A stretch of 64,000 bases of DNA from Planctomycetota bacterium (lineage in GTDB: Bacteria > Planctomycetota > B15-G4), in NCBI GenBank assembly GCA_965248575.1, contig CBDFJQ010000002.1:2816001-2880000 (forward strand), written 5' to 3'. The notes beneath the pieces are model-generated. The model did no database searches. It was not told the DNA's origin and saw only the letters and a program-made list of their open reading frames with translations. Below are positions 44,607 to 53,501 of this stretch, piece by piece. Each line of letters opens with the position of its first letter. The first letter of the stretch is position 1. A program made the translations under genes and the position numbers.

Positions 44607-45758
44607 TCACGTCGTCAGCTCGGCGATCTTCGCGGCCACATCCCTGTGTTGGATGTCGACCTCGTAGACCTCCATGAAGCGGTTGAGGGCTCCTGAACTG
44701 TCTCCCTCTCGCTCACAGACGAGCCCCAGACTGTAGCAGATCTCCTTGCCCCGGTCGCCACCCCCCGCGCCCCCGGCGCTGAGCAGCGCGGTCTCCAACT
44801 GGCGGCGAGCCAGGGGCAGCAAGCCCTTCCGAGCGAAGCAGGCCCCCAAACCCGCCCTTGCCTCCAGCTCCAGCCGGGGGTCCTTCACGACAGCCTGGAA
44901 TTGCTCGATGGATCGATCCGTCTGCCCTGCCCGGAGCCAGGCCCGGGCCAGAGACAAGCGCAGGGCGGTCTCCGCCGGGTTCTCGGCCACACGACGGCTG
45001 AACTCCTCGACCCGGGCCTCGGCCGCGGCCAGCTCCTGGGTGTCCAAATCGGTGTGAGTCAGGGCCCAGCAGAGGTCGAAATCCTCAGCATCTCCAGCAG
45101 CCTGGGAGTCCTCAGGAGCCTCGGCCACGCGCTCGCCGAGCGGGGGCGCTGGCTGCTGCTGGGGCACGGCCAGCTCCCGGGATGAACGGGCCGTCTCGTA
45201 GCGGGTTGCCGCCAGGCTGCCCTCCGCGGCGAGCGTCTTTCGCAGGCGCTGCACCTCGCCGTCCTGGGGGGCCAAAGCGTGGGCCTGCTCCAGGCAACGC
45301 AGCGCCTCATCCATCTGGCGCAAGCGGTAGTGCAAGCTGCCTGCGGCCTTGAGCGCATCGACATCACCCTCGTCGAGCTGAAGCCGGTGCCTCCACACGG
45401 CCAGCGCTTCCTCGGGTCGTTCCAGCGCTTCCAGGGCATCGGCCAGGCAGCTCGCGAGATAGGCATCCGCGGGGTCCTTCTCCAGGCCCGCATCGCAGGT
45501 CTTCACCTGGGCCGTCCACTTCTTGGCGCCTGCCAGACCTGCTGCCGCGGCGCGCAAGGACTTGGCGGCCGCTCGATCCAAGAGCGACGCCCCTCCTTTG
45601 AGTTCCAGCCGCCGACGGTAGGCCGCCAGGAGCCCCGCCCGGGCATCCCCCAGGCCAGGAGACGCCACCAACACCTGCCTGTAGAGAGCAGCAGCCTGGG
45701 CCGGGTTGCGCTTGCGCAGCGCCTGCTCGGCCTTCGCGAGAAAGCGGGTGACGTCCAT
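44607..45758 (-). CDS. Tetratricopeptide repeat protein
   Basis: Helical TPR patterns; C-terminal YSLG...EVYEVDIQHRDV; start set at ATG 45758. Confidence 0.8.
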   Translation of the reverse strand: MDVTRFLAKAEQALRKRNPAQAAALYRQVLVASPGLGDARAGLLAAYRRRLELKGGASLLDRAAAKSLRAAAAGLAGAKKWTAQVKTCDAGLEKDPADAYLASCLADALEALERPEEALAVWRHRLQLDEGDVDALKAAGSLHYRLRQMDEALRCLEQAHALAPQDGEVQRLRKTLAAEGSLAATRYETARSSRELAVPQQQPAPPLGERVAEAPEDSQAAGDAEDFDLCWALTHTDLDTQELAAAEARVEEFSRRVAENPAETALRLSLARAWLRAGQTDRSIEQFQAVVKDPRLELEARAGLGACFARKGLLPLARRQLETALLSAGGAGGGDRGKEICYSLGLVCEREGDSSGALNRFMEVYEVDIQHRDVAAKIAELTT

Positions 45759-45832
45759 GGTCTCGCACGTTATCACGAGCCCCGTCCCCGGTGACGTGCA
45801 TGCCCCAGGCACTGTGCGATACTCTGCGCCCC

Positions 45833-46342
45833 ATGGAACTGCGCATCTACCCCGACCCCGTTCTGCTCAAGCGCTCCGACCCCGTCGACGTCTTCGATGA
45901 GGAGCTGCAACAGAAGATCTCCGAGATGTGGGAGATCATGTACGAGAAGGGAGGCGTCGGCCTCGCCGCTCCTCAGGTGGGTTGGGCCGCGCAGCTGCTG
46001 CTCATGAACCCCAGCGGCGACAAGGACGATAAGCAAGCCGAACGCGTCGTCATCAACCCCAAGGTGGTCAAGTCCTGGGGGCGCTCCAAGGACACCGAGG
46101 GCTGCCTGTCCTTCCCCGAGATCGTCGTGGATGTCACCCGCAAAGCGGGCGTGCGCCTGCAATGGCAGGACGAAACCGGCGCGCAGCACGAGGAGGACAT
46201 CAACGAGTTCCCTGCCCGCGTCGTGCAGCACGAGATGGATCACCTGGAAGGGGTCTTGCTGGTGCACCGCATGAGCCCCGTCGATCGCATCCGGTATCGC
46301 CATGAGCTCGAGGAGCTCAAGGCCATGCTCGCCAGCGATTAG
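45833..46342 (+). CDS. def: Peptide deformylase
   Basis: GVGLAAPQVG, EGCLS, QHEMDHLEG. Confidence 0.97.
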   Translation: MELRIYPDPVLLKRSDPVDVFDEELQQKISEMWEIMYEKGGVGLAAPQVGWAAQLLLMNPSGDKDDKQAERVVINPKVVKSWGRSKDTEGCLSFPEIVVDVTRKAGVRLQWQDETGAQHEEDINEFPARVVQHEMDHLEGVLLVHRMSPVDRIRYRHELEELKAMLASD

Positions 46343-46359
46343 CCCGGGGCGCCCGCAAC

Positions 46360-47358
46360 GTGCAGCGTCACTCCATCCGGTCGCTGGACGAGTTGCAACT
46401 CTCCCTGCCCAGCTCCGTCGTCACGGTCGGTGTCTTCGACGGCTTGCATCTGGGCCACCAGAGCATTCTCGACCGCCTGTTTTCAGCGGCCGCGCTGCGG
46501 GAAGCCCCCAGCGTGTGCGTCACCTTCTCGGTGCACCCCAAGGCGGTGCTGACCGGCAAATCGCCGCAGCACATCCTTTCCTTGGAACACCGCCTCGAAC
46601 TCATCGAAGCCCGGGGCGTGGACATCGCCGTAGTGATCGAGTTCGGTCCTGAGATCGCGCAGGTCGAAGCAGAGGACTTCGTCGAGACGCTGCTGGTGCG
46701 CAAGCTGGGCATGGCGGAGCTCATCATCGGGCACGACACCACCTTCGGGCGCGACCGGCGCGGCGACGCCGAACTGCTGGTGACCCTCGGCCTGCGTCAC
46801 GGGTTCAAGGTGGTCACCATGGGACAGGTCATCGTGGATGGGCAGCCCGCTTCGTCCACCGCGGTGCGCCAAGCCATCTCCTCCGGAGACCTGCAGACCG
46901 CGCGCCGATTGCTCGGTCGCCCCGTGTCACTCCTGGGCCGAATCGTGCACGGCGACGGGCGCGGCGCGACCATCGGCTTCCCCACGGCCAACTTGGAAGT
47001 CACCAGCGAGGCCTTCCCGCCCCTGGGTGTCTACGCGGTCACGGCCGTCTGCGAGGACGGGCACTTCGCAGGGGTCATGAACTACGGCACGCGCCCCACT
47101 TTCCGTCAGGACGACCAGCGGGCGGTGTTCGAGGTCCACTTGCTGGGCCGCACCCGAGCCCCTGAAGCCACCCAGCCCCACTCCGACACGCTCGGGACCC
47201 TGGACCTCTACGGCCAACGCATGGAGGTTTCGCTGCACAGCTACCTGCGCCGGGAGCAGCGCTTCGAATCCCCGGAAGCGCTCGTGGCCCAGATCGGCCG
47301 GGACATCGCCCAGGCCCGGCAGGCGCTGCGGCTCGACCACGGCAGCCCGCCGGACTGA
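46360..47358 (+). CDS. ribF: Bifunctional riboflavin kinase/FAD synthetase
   Basis: GVFDGLHLGH, SSTAVR, GFPTAN, GTRPTF, EVHLL. Confidence 0.96.
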   Translation: MQRHSIRSLDELQLSLPSSVVTVGVFDGLHLGHQSILDRLFSAAALREAPSVCVTFSVHPKAVLTGKSPQHILSLEHRLELIEARGVDIAVVIEFGPEIAQVEAEDFVETLLVRKLGMAELIIGHDTTFGRDRRGDAELLVTLGLRHGFKVVTMGQVIVDGQPASSTAVRQAISSGDLQTARRLLGRPVSLLGRIVHGDGRGATIGFPTANLEVTSEAFPPLGVYAVTAVCEDGHFAGVMNYGTRPTFRQDDQRAVFEVHLLGRTRAPEATQPHSDTLGTLDLYGQRMEVSLHSYLRREQRFESPEALVAQIGRDIAQARQALRLDHGSPPD

Positions 47359-47370
47359 GGGGGGGGCGCG

Positions 47371-47446
<76 letters not shown>

Positions 47447-47473
47447 GCGCGTCACGCAGACGAGCGAGCGGGC

Positions 47474-47502
47474 AGTGTGGTGAAAGCCCGCGTGACGATC
47501 AA
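47474..47502 (-). promoter_or_regulatory. Putative sigma70 promoter of tRNA-Phe
   Basis: -35 TTGATC (47502-47497), 17-bp spacer, -10 CACACT (47479-47474). Confidence 0.5.
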
Positions 47503-47523
47503 GGCCCTGGTCCGGTCCCAGGC

Positions 47524-50445
47524 TCAGCGCTCGGGGAGATCCTCGATGTCGCTGTCGTCGAGGGACTCCGGCTCGGCGTCCTTGCCACTGGTGAGGCTTT
47601 CATCCAGACCGTTGGCCGAGGCCTGCAGCTGGCTCTCGAGCTGGTCGGCTTCGGCCCGCACGAGGTCACCGGCCTGGCGCTGGGTCTCGAGGATGGCCGC
47701 GAGCATGTCTCCTGCCTGCTGGAACTGGCTCCGCGCTTCCTCGCGCGTGCTGCGCACCCTCTTGAGCATCTGTGCGTGGTCGTCCCGGGCGGTGCTCAAC
47801 CGCGCCAGCACGTCGTCCAGCTTGATCTGCGCCTCGTCTCGACGCAGCACGAGCTGGGCCTCCTGCTCGGTGCAGGTTTCCACGCGCTTCCGGCACCCGC
47901 TTTCCTCAGTGTCGAGGGCTTGGATGCGCAAGCTGGCGGACTGCTCCAGTTCGGCGAGTTGTTGCTCGGCGATCTCCCGTGCGGCGCGAGCCTCGCGCAC
48001 CGCGATCAAGTTGCGCTCGGTGGTTTCGCGTGTGGACGCCAGACCGCTCTCCGCCTCGGCGAGTTCGGCCGCAGCCTTCTCGCGGGCGAGCCCGAGGCCC
48101 TCGATCTCCGACTCCAGGCCCTCGACCCGGTTCGAAAGAACACCTTCCCGCTCCTGCAGATGGGCCCGACGCTCGACGGCCTGCTCTTCGGCCTTGTCCA
48201 GTTCGAGACGCACCTCGGTCAGACGCAGCTCCAGATCGACGCGCGCCTGCTCGAAGCCCCGGATGCGCGTCTCGGTGCTCTCGACGAGTTCGTCGTGCAC
48301 ACCCCGCGCTCGGGTCACGGCCTCGGTGACCTCCTTCAGCTGGGCCTCGTGGAATGCGAGGTCCGTGGCGAGGTCTTCCAGGCGCGACTCTTCGCGAGCC
48401 ACCGCGCCGCGCTGCTCGGCCAAGCAAGACTGGGCAGTCTCGGTGCTCTCAAGCAGCTGGGCCTCCAGGCCCTGGAGTTCGTCGACGGCCGCTTGCAGCC
48501 GAACGCGATCCACTTCCACCGAAGCGTAGGAGGCGCGCAAGGCCTGCTCGCGCTCCCCCAAGCTCTCGAGGCGGAGTTCGAACTCGGCGTTCTCCTGCAC
48601 GAGCCGGTCGTTCTCCTGCTGGACCCGCTTGAGCAGCTTGCCCTGTTGTTCCTGGGTGGCCTCGAGAGCTGCCTCGGCCGTACGCAGTTCCTGGCGCACC
48701 GACTCCAGCTGGGCGCTGGTCGCTTCGTGCGCCTGCTCCACTTCCTGGGTGCGGGCGACGGTCGCCACGAAGGTCCGTTCGGCTTCCGCCCGCTGGGCGC
48801 CCATGGAGTCGAGGGCCGCTTGATGATCGGCGCGCTCGTGGTCGGCCGCCGCTCGCTGCGCTTCCAGGGAAGCATCGGCGGCTTCCTGGCGCGATGCGAG
48901 CTCGGTGGCCAGGGCCGCGAGCTGGGCGTCGACCTCATCCTGGGCCATCTGGCGCAGCGTGAGAACGTCGGCCTCGGCAGCTTCCCGCTTGGTCTGGATG
49001 TCCTCGGCCGTTGCCTCCCGCAAGGCCTGGACGTCGGCCGAAGCCGCCTGGCGCTGGGCGTTCTGCTCTGATTCAGCCTGGGCGCGCAGGGCTTCGATGT
49101 CCGCCTCGGCAGTTTGGCGCTTGGAGAGGCTCTCGGCCGACCCGGCCTGACGCAGGGCCTGTGTTTCGGCCTCCGCCTCCGCACGCTGGGCCTGCACGTC
49201 AGCGTGAGCGCTCGCCCGCAGCGTCTCGAGTTCTTCCGTGGCCGTGGCGTGCAGGGCCTCGACCTCGCCCTGAGCATCCTTGCGTAGGGCGTCGATCTCC
49301 TGCTGCGCGGCATCACGCAATGCCTGAACGGCTTCGCGGGTCTCGCGGCGGGTGGCTTCTGCTGCCGACTGGGAGCCGCTGCGTAGAGCCTCGACCTCCG
49401 CCTCGATCTCCCCGCGCCGGTTGGCGATCTCCGTCTCGCTCTCCTCACGCAGCGCTCGGTCCTCGTCCGCCTGACGCGCCGAGTCTTCCCGCAGCTGCTG
49501 GAGTTCCTGCTGTTGCTCGGCGAGACGCTGCTCGGCGAGCTGCAGCTGGGTGCGCACTTCGTCGGCACGCTGGGTGACCTGGTCGAGCTCCTGCTCGGCA
49601 GCTTCCCGCTGCTGGCTCAAACCCTCGACAAGCTGCTGGCTGTCCTCACGCGTGGCGTGCAGGGCTTCTAGCTCGTGAATCACCTCGGCCCGTCGCAGCT
49701 CAGCTTCGCGAGAGGCCTCTTCGAGACCCTCGGCACGGGTGACGAGCTGCGTGCAGCGTTGCTCCAGCTCCTGCTCCCGGGACGCGAGTTCGATCTTCCG
49801 CTCAGCGAGGCGCTCCGTGACGACGTCCACCTGGGCCAAGGTGCGCGCGAGGCCCGACTCGGCCTCCTGCACACGGGCTTCGGAGTCGCGCTCGCGATCT
49901 TCGGCCTGCTTCAGTCGCAGGGACGCTTCCGACGGAAGGTCCACGCCCCGATCGCCGTCCAGGGAGACGCCCAGGCCCGCGGCGAGTGCCGCTTCGCGCC
50001 CAGCGCCGGGCTCGACGCCCAAGCCCGCGCCTCGGTCTTCGGCGGCTCGTGCCTGCTCGACTTCGACATCCGCGGCCTTTCGATAGCCGGAACGCCGCTT
50101 CTCGGCAGTGCGTTGGCCACGCTTGGCCTTCTTGCCCTGCTTCTTGGTCGAGCGTGGCGGCTTCGCCGGAGAGGAGGTCGCCGTCCCGGTCTCCGTGGAG
50201 CCGCCATCAGCTCCAGCGGACACCGGGACGGCGGCCTGACCTGCAACGACGGGTTCTTCCTGCCGGCTGAGCTCTTCTTGGCCCTGTGCCGACGCATCGG
50301 CCTCTAGGGTGTCAAGGGCGTCACCCGGAAACGTGATGACAAAGGAGCCTCCGCATGCACGACAGCGGGCGCGACGGCCTCGGAATGCGTCCGCGACCTT
50401 GAATGTCCGTTCGCAGTGAGTGCAAGCAGTGACGCTGGTGGCCAT
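47524..50445 (-). CDS. Long coiled-coil protein with N-terminal zinc ribbon and an 11-residue repeat segment
   Basis: CTHC...CRAC; E/A/Q/R-rich helix; AAGGAG SD before GTG 50445. Confidence 0.85.
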   Translation of the reverse strand: MATSVTACTHCERTFKVADAFRGRRARCRACGGSFVITFPGDALDTLEADASAQGQEELSRQEEPVVAGQAAVPVSAGADGGSTETGTATSSPAKPPRSTKKQGKKAKRGQRTAEKRRSGYRKAADVEVEQARAAEDRGAGLGVEPGAGREAALAAGLGVSLDGDRGVDLPSEASLRLKQAEDRERDSEARVQEAESGLARTLAQVDVVTERLAERKIELASREQELEQRCTQLVTRAEGLEEASREAELRRAEVIHELEALHATREDSQQLVEGLSQQREAAEQELDQVTQRADEVRTQLQLAEQRLAEQQQELQQLREDSARQADEDRALREESETEIANRRGEIEAEVEALRSGSQSAAEATRRETREAVQALRDAAQQEIDALRKDAQGEVEALHATATEELETLRASAHADVQAQRAEAEAETQALRQAGSAESLSKRQTAEADIEALRAQAESEQNAQRQAASADVQALREATAEDIQTKREAAEADVLTLRQMAQDEVDAQLAALATELASRQEAADASLEAQRAAADHERADHQAALDSMGAQRAEAERTFVATVARTQEVEQAHEATSAQLESVRQELRTAEAALEATQEQQGKLLKRVQQENDRLVQENAEFELRLESLGEREQALRASYASVEVDRVRLQAAVDELQGLEAQLLESTETAQSCLAEQRGAVAREESRLEDLATDLAFHEAQLKEVTEAVTRARGVHDELVESTETRIRGFEQARVDLELRLTEVRLELDKAEEQAVERRAHLQEREGVLSNRVEGLESEIEGLGLAREKAAAELAEAESGLASTRETTERNLIAVREARAAREIAEQQLAELEQSASLRIQALDTEESGCRKRVETCTEQEAQLVLRRDEAQIKLDDVLARLSTARDDHAQMLKRVRSTREEARSQFQQAGDMLAAILETQRQAGDLVRAEADQLESQLQASANGLDESLTSGKDAEPESLDDSDIEDLPER

Positions 50446-50573
50446 CGGCCGTCTCCTTTCACGCCAGGAACGAAGCGCGCAAACGAAACATACCGAACAA
50501 AACGCACGGTTCCATCACGCGTCTGGCTGCAACACGAGAAGATGTTGGGCGTCTCAAGCCGTGAGCAATTGCT

Positions 50574-51917
50574 CTAGCGAATGCTGCCGGTGCGGCGATG
50601 CTCCCGGCGCATCACTTCCGGGTCGGCGAGTCGACCGCAGATGGCGCTGGCCGCCGCCACGGAAGGCCCTGCGAGGATGTCCCTCGGCGTTGTGGCCACA
50701 GTGGCGACGCGACGCTCCCCACGATCCGTTTCATGGGCCGTGCCACCCGCCGGCAGCAGGATCGCTCCGGCCCTCAGATAGGCGCTGACCAAACCCTCTT
50801 CCACGGCGTGCAGCAGGGTTCGCCGGGATGCAGGCAGAACGTAGAAGCGCAGGCCGGGCTGGATCCTCCGCTCCCGGATCACGTCAGCCGCCTCGCGCAG
50901 TACGGTGAGGGAGCCGGCGACGACCACCTCGTCCACGGTGGGCGAATCGTCCTGGTCCGTCTTCACCAGGGAACCGTCCAGACGCGCCACCAGCCCGAGG
51001 CGTTGGCCCTTCAGGACCAGATCGGCCGAAGTGCCTGGGGTTTCAGGAGATGTGTCCGCTGGGCTGGCTGCCTCGGAAGGCTCAACCTTGGGTGTCAACT
51101 GGCGCGCCGCCAGCCAGACCCTTGTTGCGGTGTCCGGCGGCACCAAGGCCACGAATCCCTCCCGTGCCAGGGACGCACACAGGGTCATGCGCTGGTCGAT
51201 ATCGAAGTCCATGACGCCTCGGCCACCCAGCTCGAGCACCTTGCCGGCGGCAGCAACCTGATGGGTGCCTCTCAGCTCCTGCACCAGGTGCAGGGCCAGC
51301 TCATGTGGGCCAGCCCAGCGCGGCAATCGTCCGTCGATCTTGACCCGGAAGCTGCCTGGAGCCTGGACGGTCACCGTCTCGTGGCGCAGCAGGCGGAGCA
51401 ATTCGTCCGGCTGGCCCCTGAGCACCAAGGCCCCCAAGCCACCCAGGCCGCCCACGTCAGGGGAGGTGCCCACGACCACGTCGTCGCAGCCCACCCAGCC
51501 CTCTTCGGCGGCCACAAGGCCGGGCCAGCCCATGCGCGCCGGGTCGAAACACAGGGTCGCCCCGTGCTGCCCCGCGAAGTGGGTCACGATGCGCCGGCGC
51601 GAGGCCGGGCATTCAGGGTCAGCCACGAACAGGAAGCGTTCCACGTGGCGCGGCCGCCCCGCCGTGGAGCGCTTGCGATCCGCCACGAGCACATCGGCCG
51701 CGGCGCCGTCGAGCACGATGCGGTCCGGCGCGACGTGCACGGCGCTGCCGGGCTGCAGGCCGGGCCGATCCCCATGGGCCGCCAGCAGACTCAGCGCGCG
51801 GGACTCGATCTTCGGACCTGCAGCCTCATCACCGCCCTGATAGCCGCCCTTGTGGCCGCTCTGGTAGTCAGGGGTGCCCTTGTGGCCGCCCTGGCCGTCC
51901 GTCGGCTTGTCGGCCAT
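50574..51917 (-). CDS. Aconitase/LeuC large-subunit-like protein lacking Fe-S cysteines (pseudoenzyme)
   Basis: Fold landmarks GRLPRWAGPHEL, ELGG, RMTLC, PASR, AAASAICGRLADP; ATG 51917 overlaps the leuB stop (TGATG). Confidence 0.75.
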   Translation of the reverse strand: MADKPTDGQGGHKGTPDYQSGHKGGYQGGDEAAGPKIESRALSLLAAHGDRPGLQPGSAVHVAPDRIVLDGAAADVLVADRKRSTAGRPRHVERFLFVADPECPASRRRIVTHFAGQHGATLCFDPARMGWPGLVAAEEGWVGCDDVVVGTSPDVGGLGGLGALVLRGQPDELLRLLRHETVTVQAPGSFRVKIDGRLPRWAGPHELALHLVQELRGTHQVAAAGKVLELGGRGVMDFDIDQRMTLCASLAREGFVALVPPDTATRVWLAARQLTPKVEPSEAASPADTSPETPGTSADLVLKGQRLGLVARLDGSLVKTDQDDSPTVDEVVVAGSLTVLREAADVIRERRIQPGLRFYVLPASRRTLLHAVEEGLVSAYLRAGAILLPAGGTAHETDRGERRVATVATTPRDILAGPSVAAASAICGRLADPEVMRREHRRTGSIR

Positions 51918-52981
51918 CAGGCCAATGCCGATGCGAGCAAGTCGCCGATCTCGGACGTGGACTGCACACCCGCCGAGAGGGACTTGATCACGTTCTCCTG
52001 CAAGAGGCGTGACACGGTGGCTTCGATCTCCTGGGACGCCTCCATGTGACCCAAGTGGTCGAGCATCATGGACACCGCCATGACCGTGGCCACGGGGTTG
52101 GCGACGTTCTGGCCCGTGTACTTGGGCGCGCTGCCATGAATCGGCTCGAAGAGCGAGACCTGGCCGGGGTGGATGTTGCCGCTGGCGGCGACGCCTAGCC
52201 CGCCCTGAATCATGGCGCCCACGTCGGTGATGATGTCGCCGAAGAGGTTCGTGGTGACGGCCACGTCGAACCACTCGGGGTTCTTCACCATCCACATGCA
52301 GGCGGCGTCGATGTAGGCGTGGTCCTGCTCGATGTCCGGGTACTCCTCGCCCACCTCGGCCATGGTGCGGGTCCAGAGATCCTGGGCGCGCACGGCGTTC
52401 GCCTTGTCGATCATCAGCAGCTTTTTGCTGCGGTTGCGCTTGCGGGCCAGGTCGTAGGCGTAGCGGATCACGCGCTCGGTGCCCTTACGGGTGTAGCGCA
52501 TGGGTTGGCTGGCCACCTCGTCGGGCGTGCCCTTGTTGGTGAACTCCGGCTGCGCGGTGTAGGCGTCCTCGGTGTTCTCCCGGACGATGACCATGTCCAC
52601 GTCCGCGGGCGTCTTGCCCTTGAGAGGGCAGAGGCGTTCGTCGTAGAGCTTCACCGGGCGCAGGTTCACGAACAGGTCGAGGCCCACGCGCATGCGCATG
52701 ATCACGCCGTGCTCCACCAGGCCCACGGGTGCGCGGGGATCGCCGATGGCGCCCAGAATCACCGCGTCCATGCCTTGGATGTCCTTGAAGGCGGAGTCGG
52801 GCAGGGTCTCGCCGCCGTTCGTGCCGCCTGTCGCCAACCAGCGGTCCGTGCCGAAGGGGTACTCCACCGTCTCGTAGGCGATGTCGTGCTTGGCGGCCAC
52901 GGCCTCCAGCACGCGCAAACCTGCGGCGACGACTTCGGGTCCGATGCCATCGCCAGCGACGACCGCGATCTTGTGGGACAT
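51917..52981 (-). CDS. leuB: 3-isopropylmalate dehydrogenase (isocitrate/isopropylmalate dehydrogenase family)
   Basis: [39 protein letters not shown]. Confidence 0.88.
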   Translation of the reverse strand: MSHKIAVVAGDGIGPEVVAAGLRVLEAVAAKHDIAYETVEYPFGTDRWLATGGTNGGETLPDSAFKDIQGMDAVILGAIGDPRAPVGLVEHGVIMRMRVGLDLFVNLRPVKLYDERLCPLKGKTPADVDMVIVRENTEDAYTAQPEFTNKGTPDEVASQPMRYTRKGTERVIRYAYDLARKRNRSKKLLMIDKANAVRAQDLWTRTMAEVGEEYPDIEQDHAYIDAACMWMVKNPEWFDVAVTTNLFGDIITDVGAMIQGGLGVAASGNIHPGQVSLFEPIHGSAPKYTGQNVANPVATVMAVSMMLDHLGHMEASQEIEATVSRLLQENVIKSLSAGVQSTSEIGDLLASALA

Positions 52982-53501
52982 GTCAGCTCAGCTCCTGGTG
53001 TTGGGCGCACAAGTTCATGCGCGTTTCGCGTACAGGGAGCCTAGTTTGCACCAATTGGGGGCCGGCCCGCGAGGGTTGGGTGGGGATGAGCGGCTGTCGC
53101 AGGCGGCGATGGATGGGCGGCTACCCAGGGGGTGGGAGCCGTGGGCTGCGGGAGTCTGGCTGCAAGCCCTTCTTCATGACCTTGCTTGACCGCTGCGAGG
53201 GTCTCCGTCGCGCACGTCATCGCCAGCCCATGACGCGCCTGACCCCGTCCACACCGTTGTTAGACGTCACCTCAACGGATCATGGGTTTCTCAAGCCTGC
53301 AGCCAGACGAGTTGAAAAGAGAGCCGAGCGACAAGGACTCTTCCCCGAAAACGCTGAACTGACTAGAGTGGAAACAGGAAGAGGCGGCGAACGACGTCGA
53401 GCAAAGTGGCTGAGGGCATGCGATTTCATTAGCCCGGTGCATATCAAAGGACACCGCTTGTGAGTCGTTCCAAAATACTGAGCAAACCAAGGAGATCCGC
53501 T

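Noticed and set aside
50574..52295. 573-aa ORF as a functional leuC
   Set aside because: The 5' extension overlaps leuB (true start 51917) and the Fe-S cysteines are missing.
53017..53463. 148-aa ORF upstream of the NACHT gene
   Set aside because: No recognisable motif, no SD, and it spans a compositional boundary; at most a remnant.
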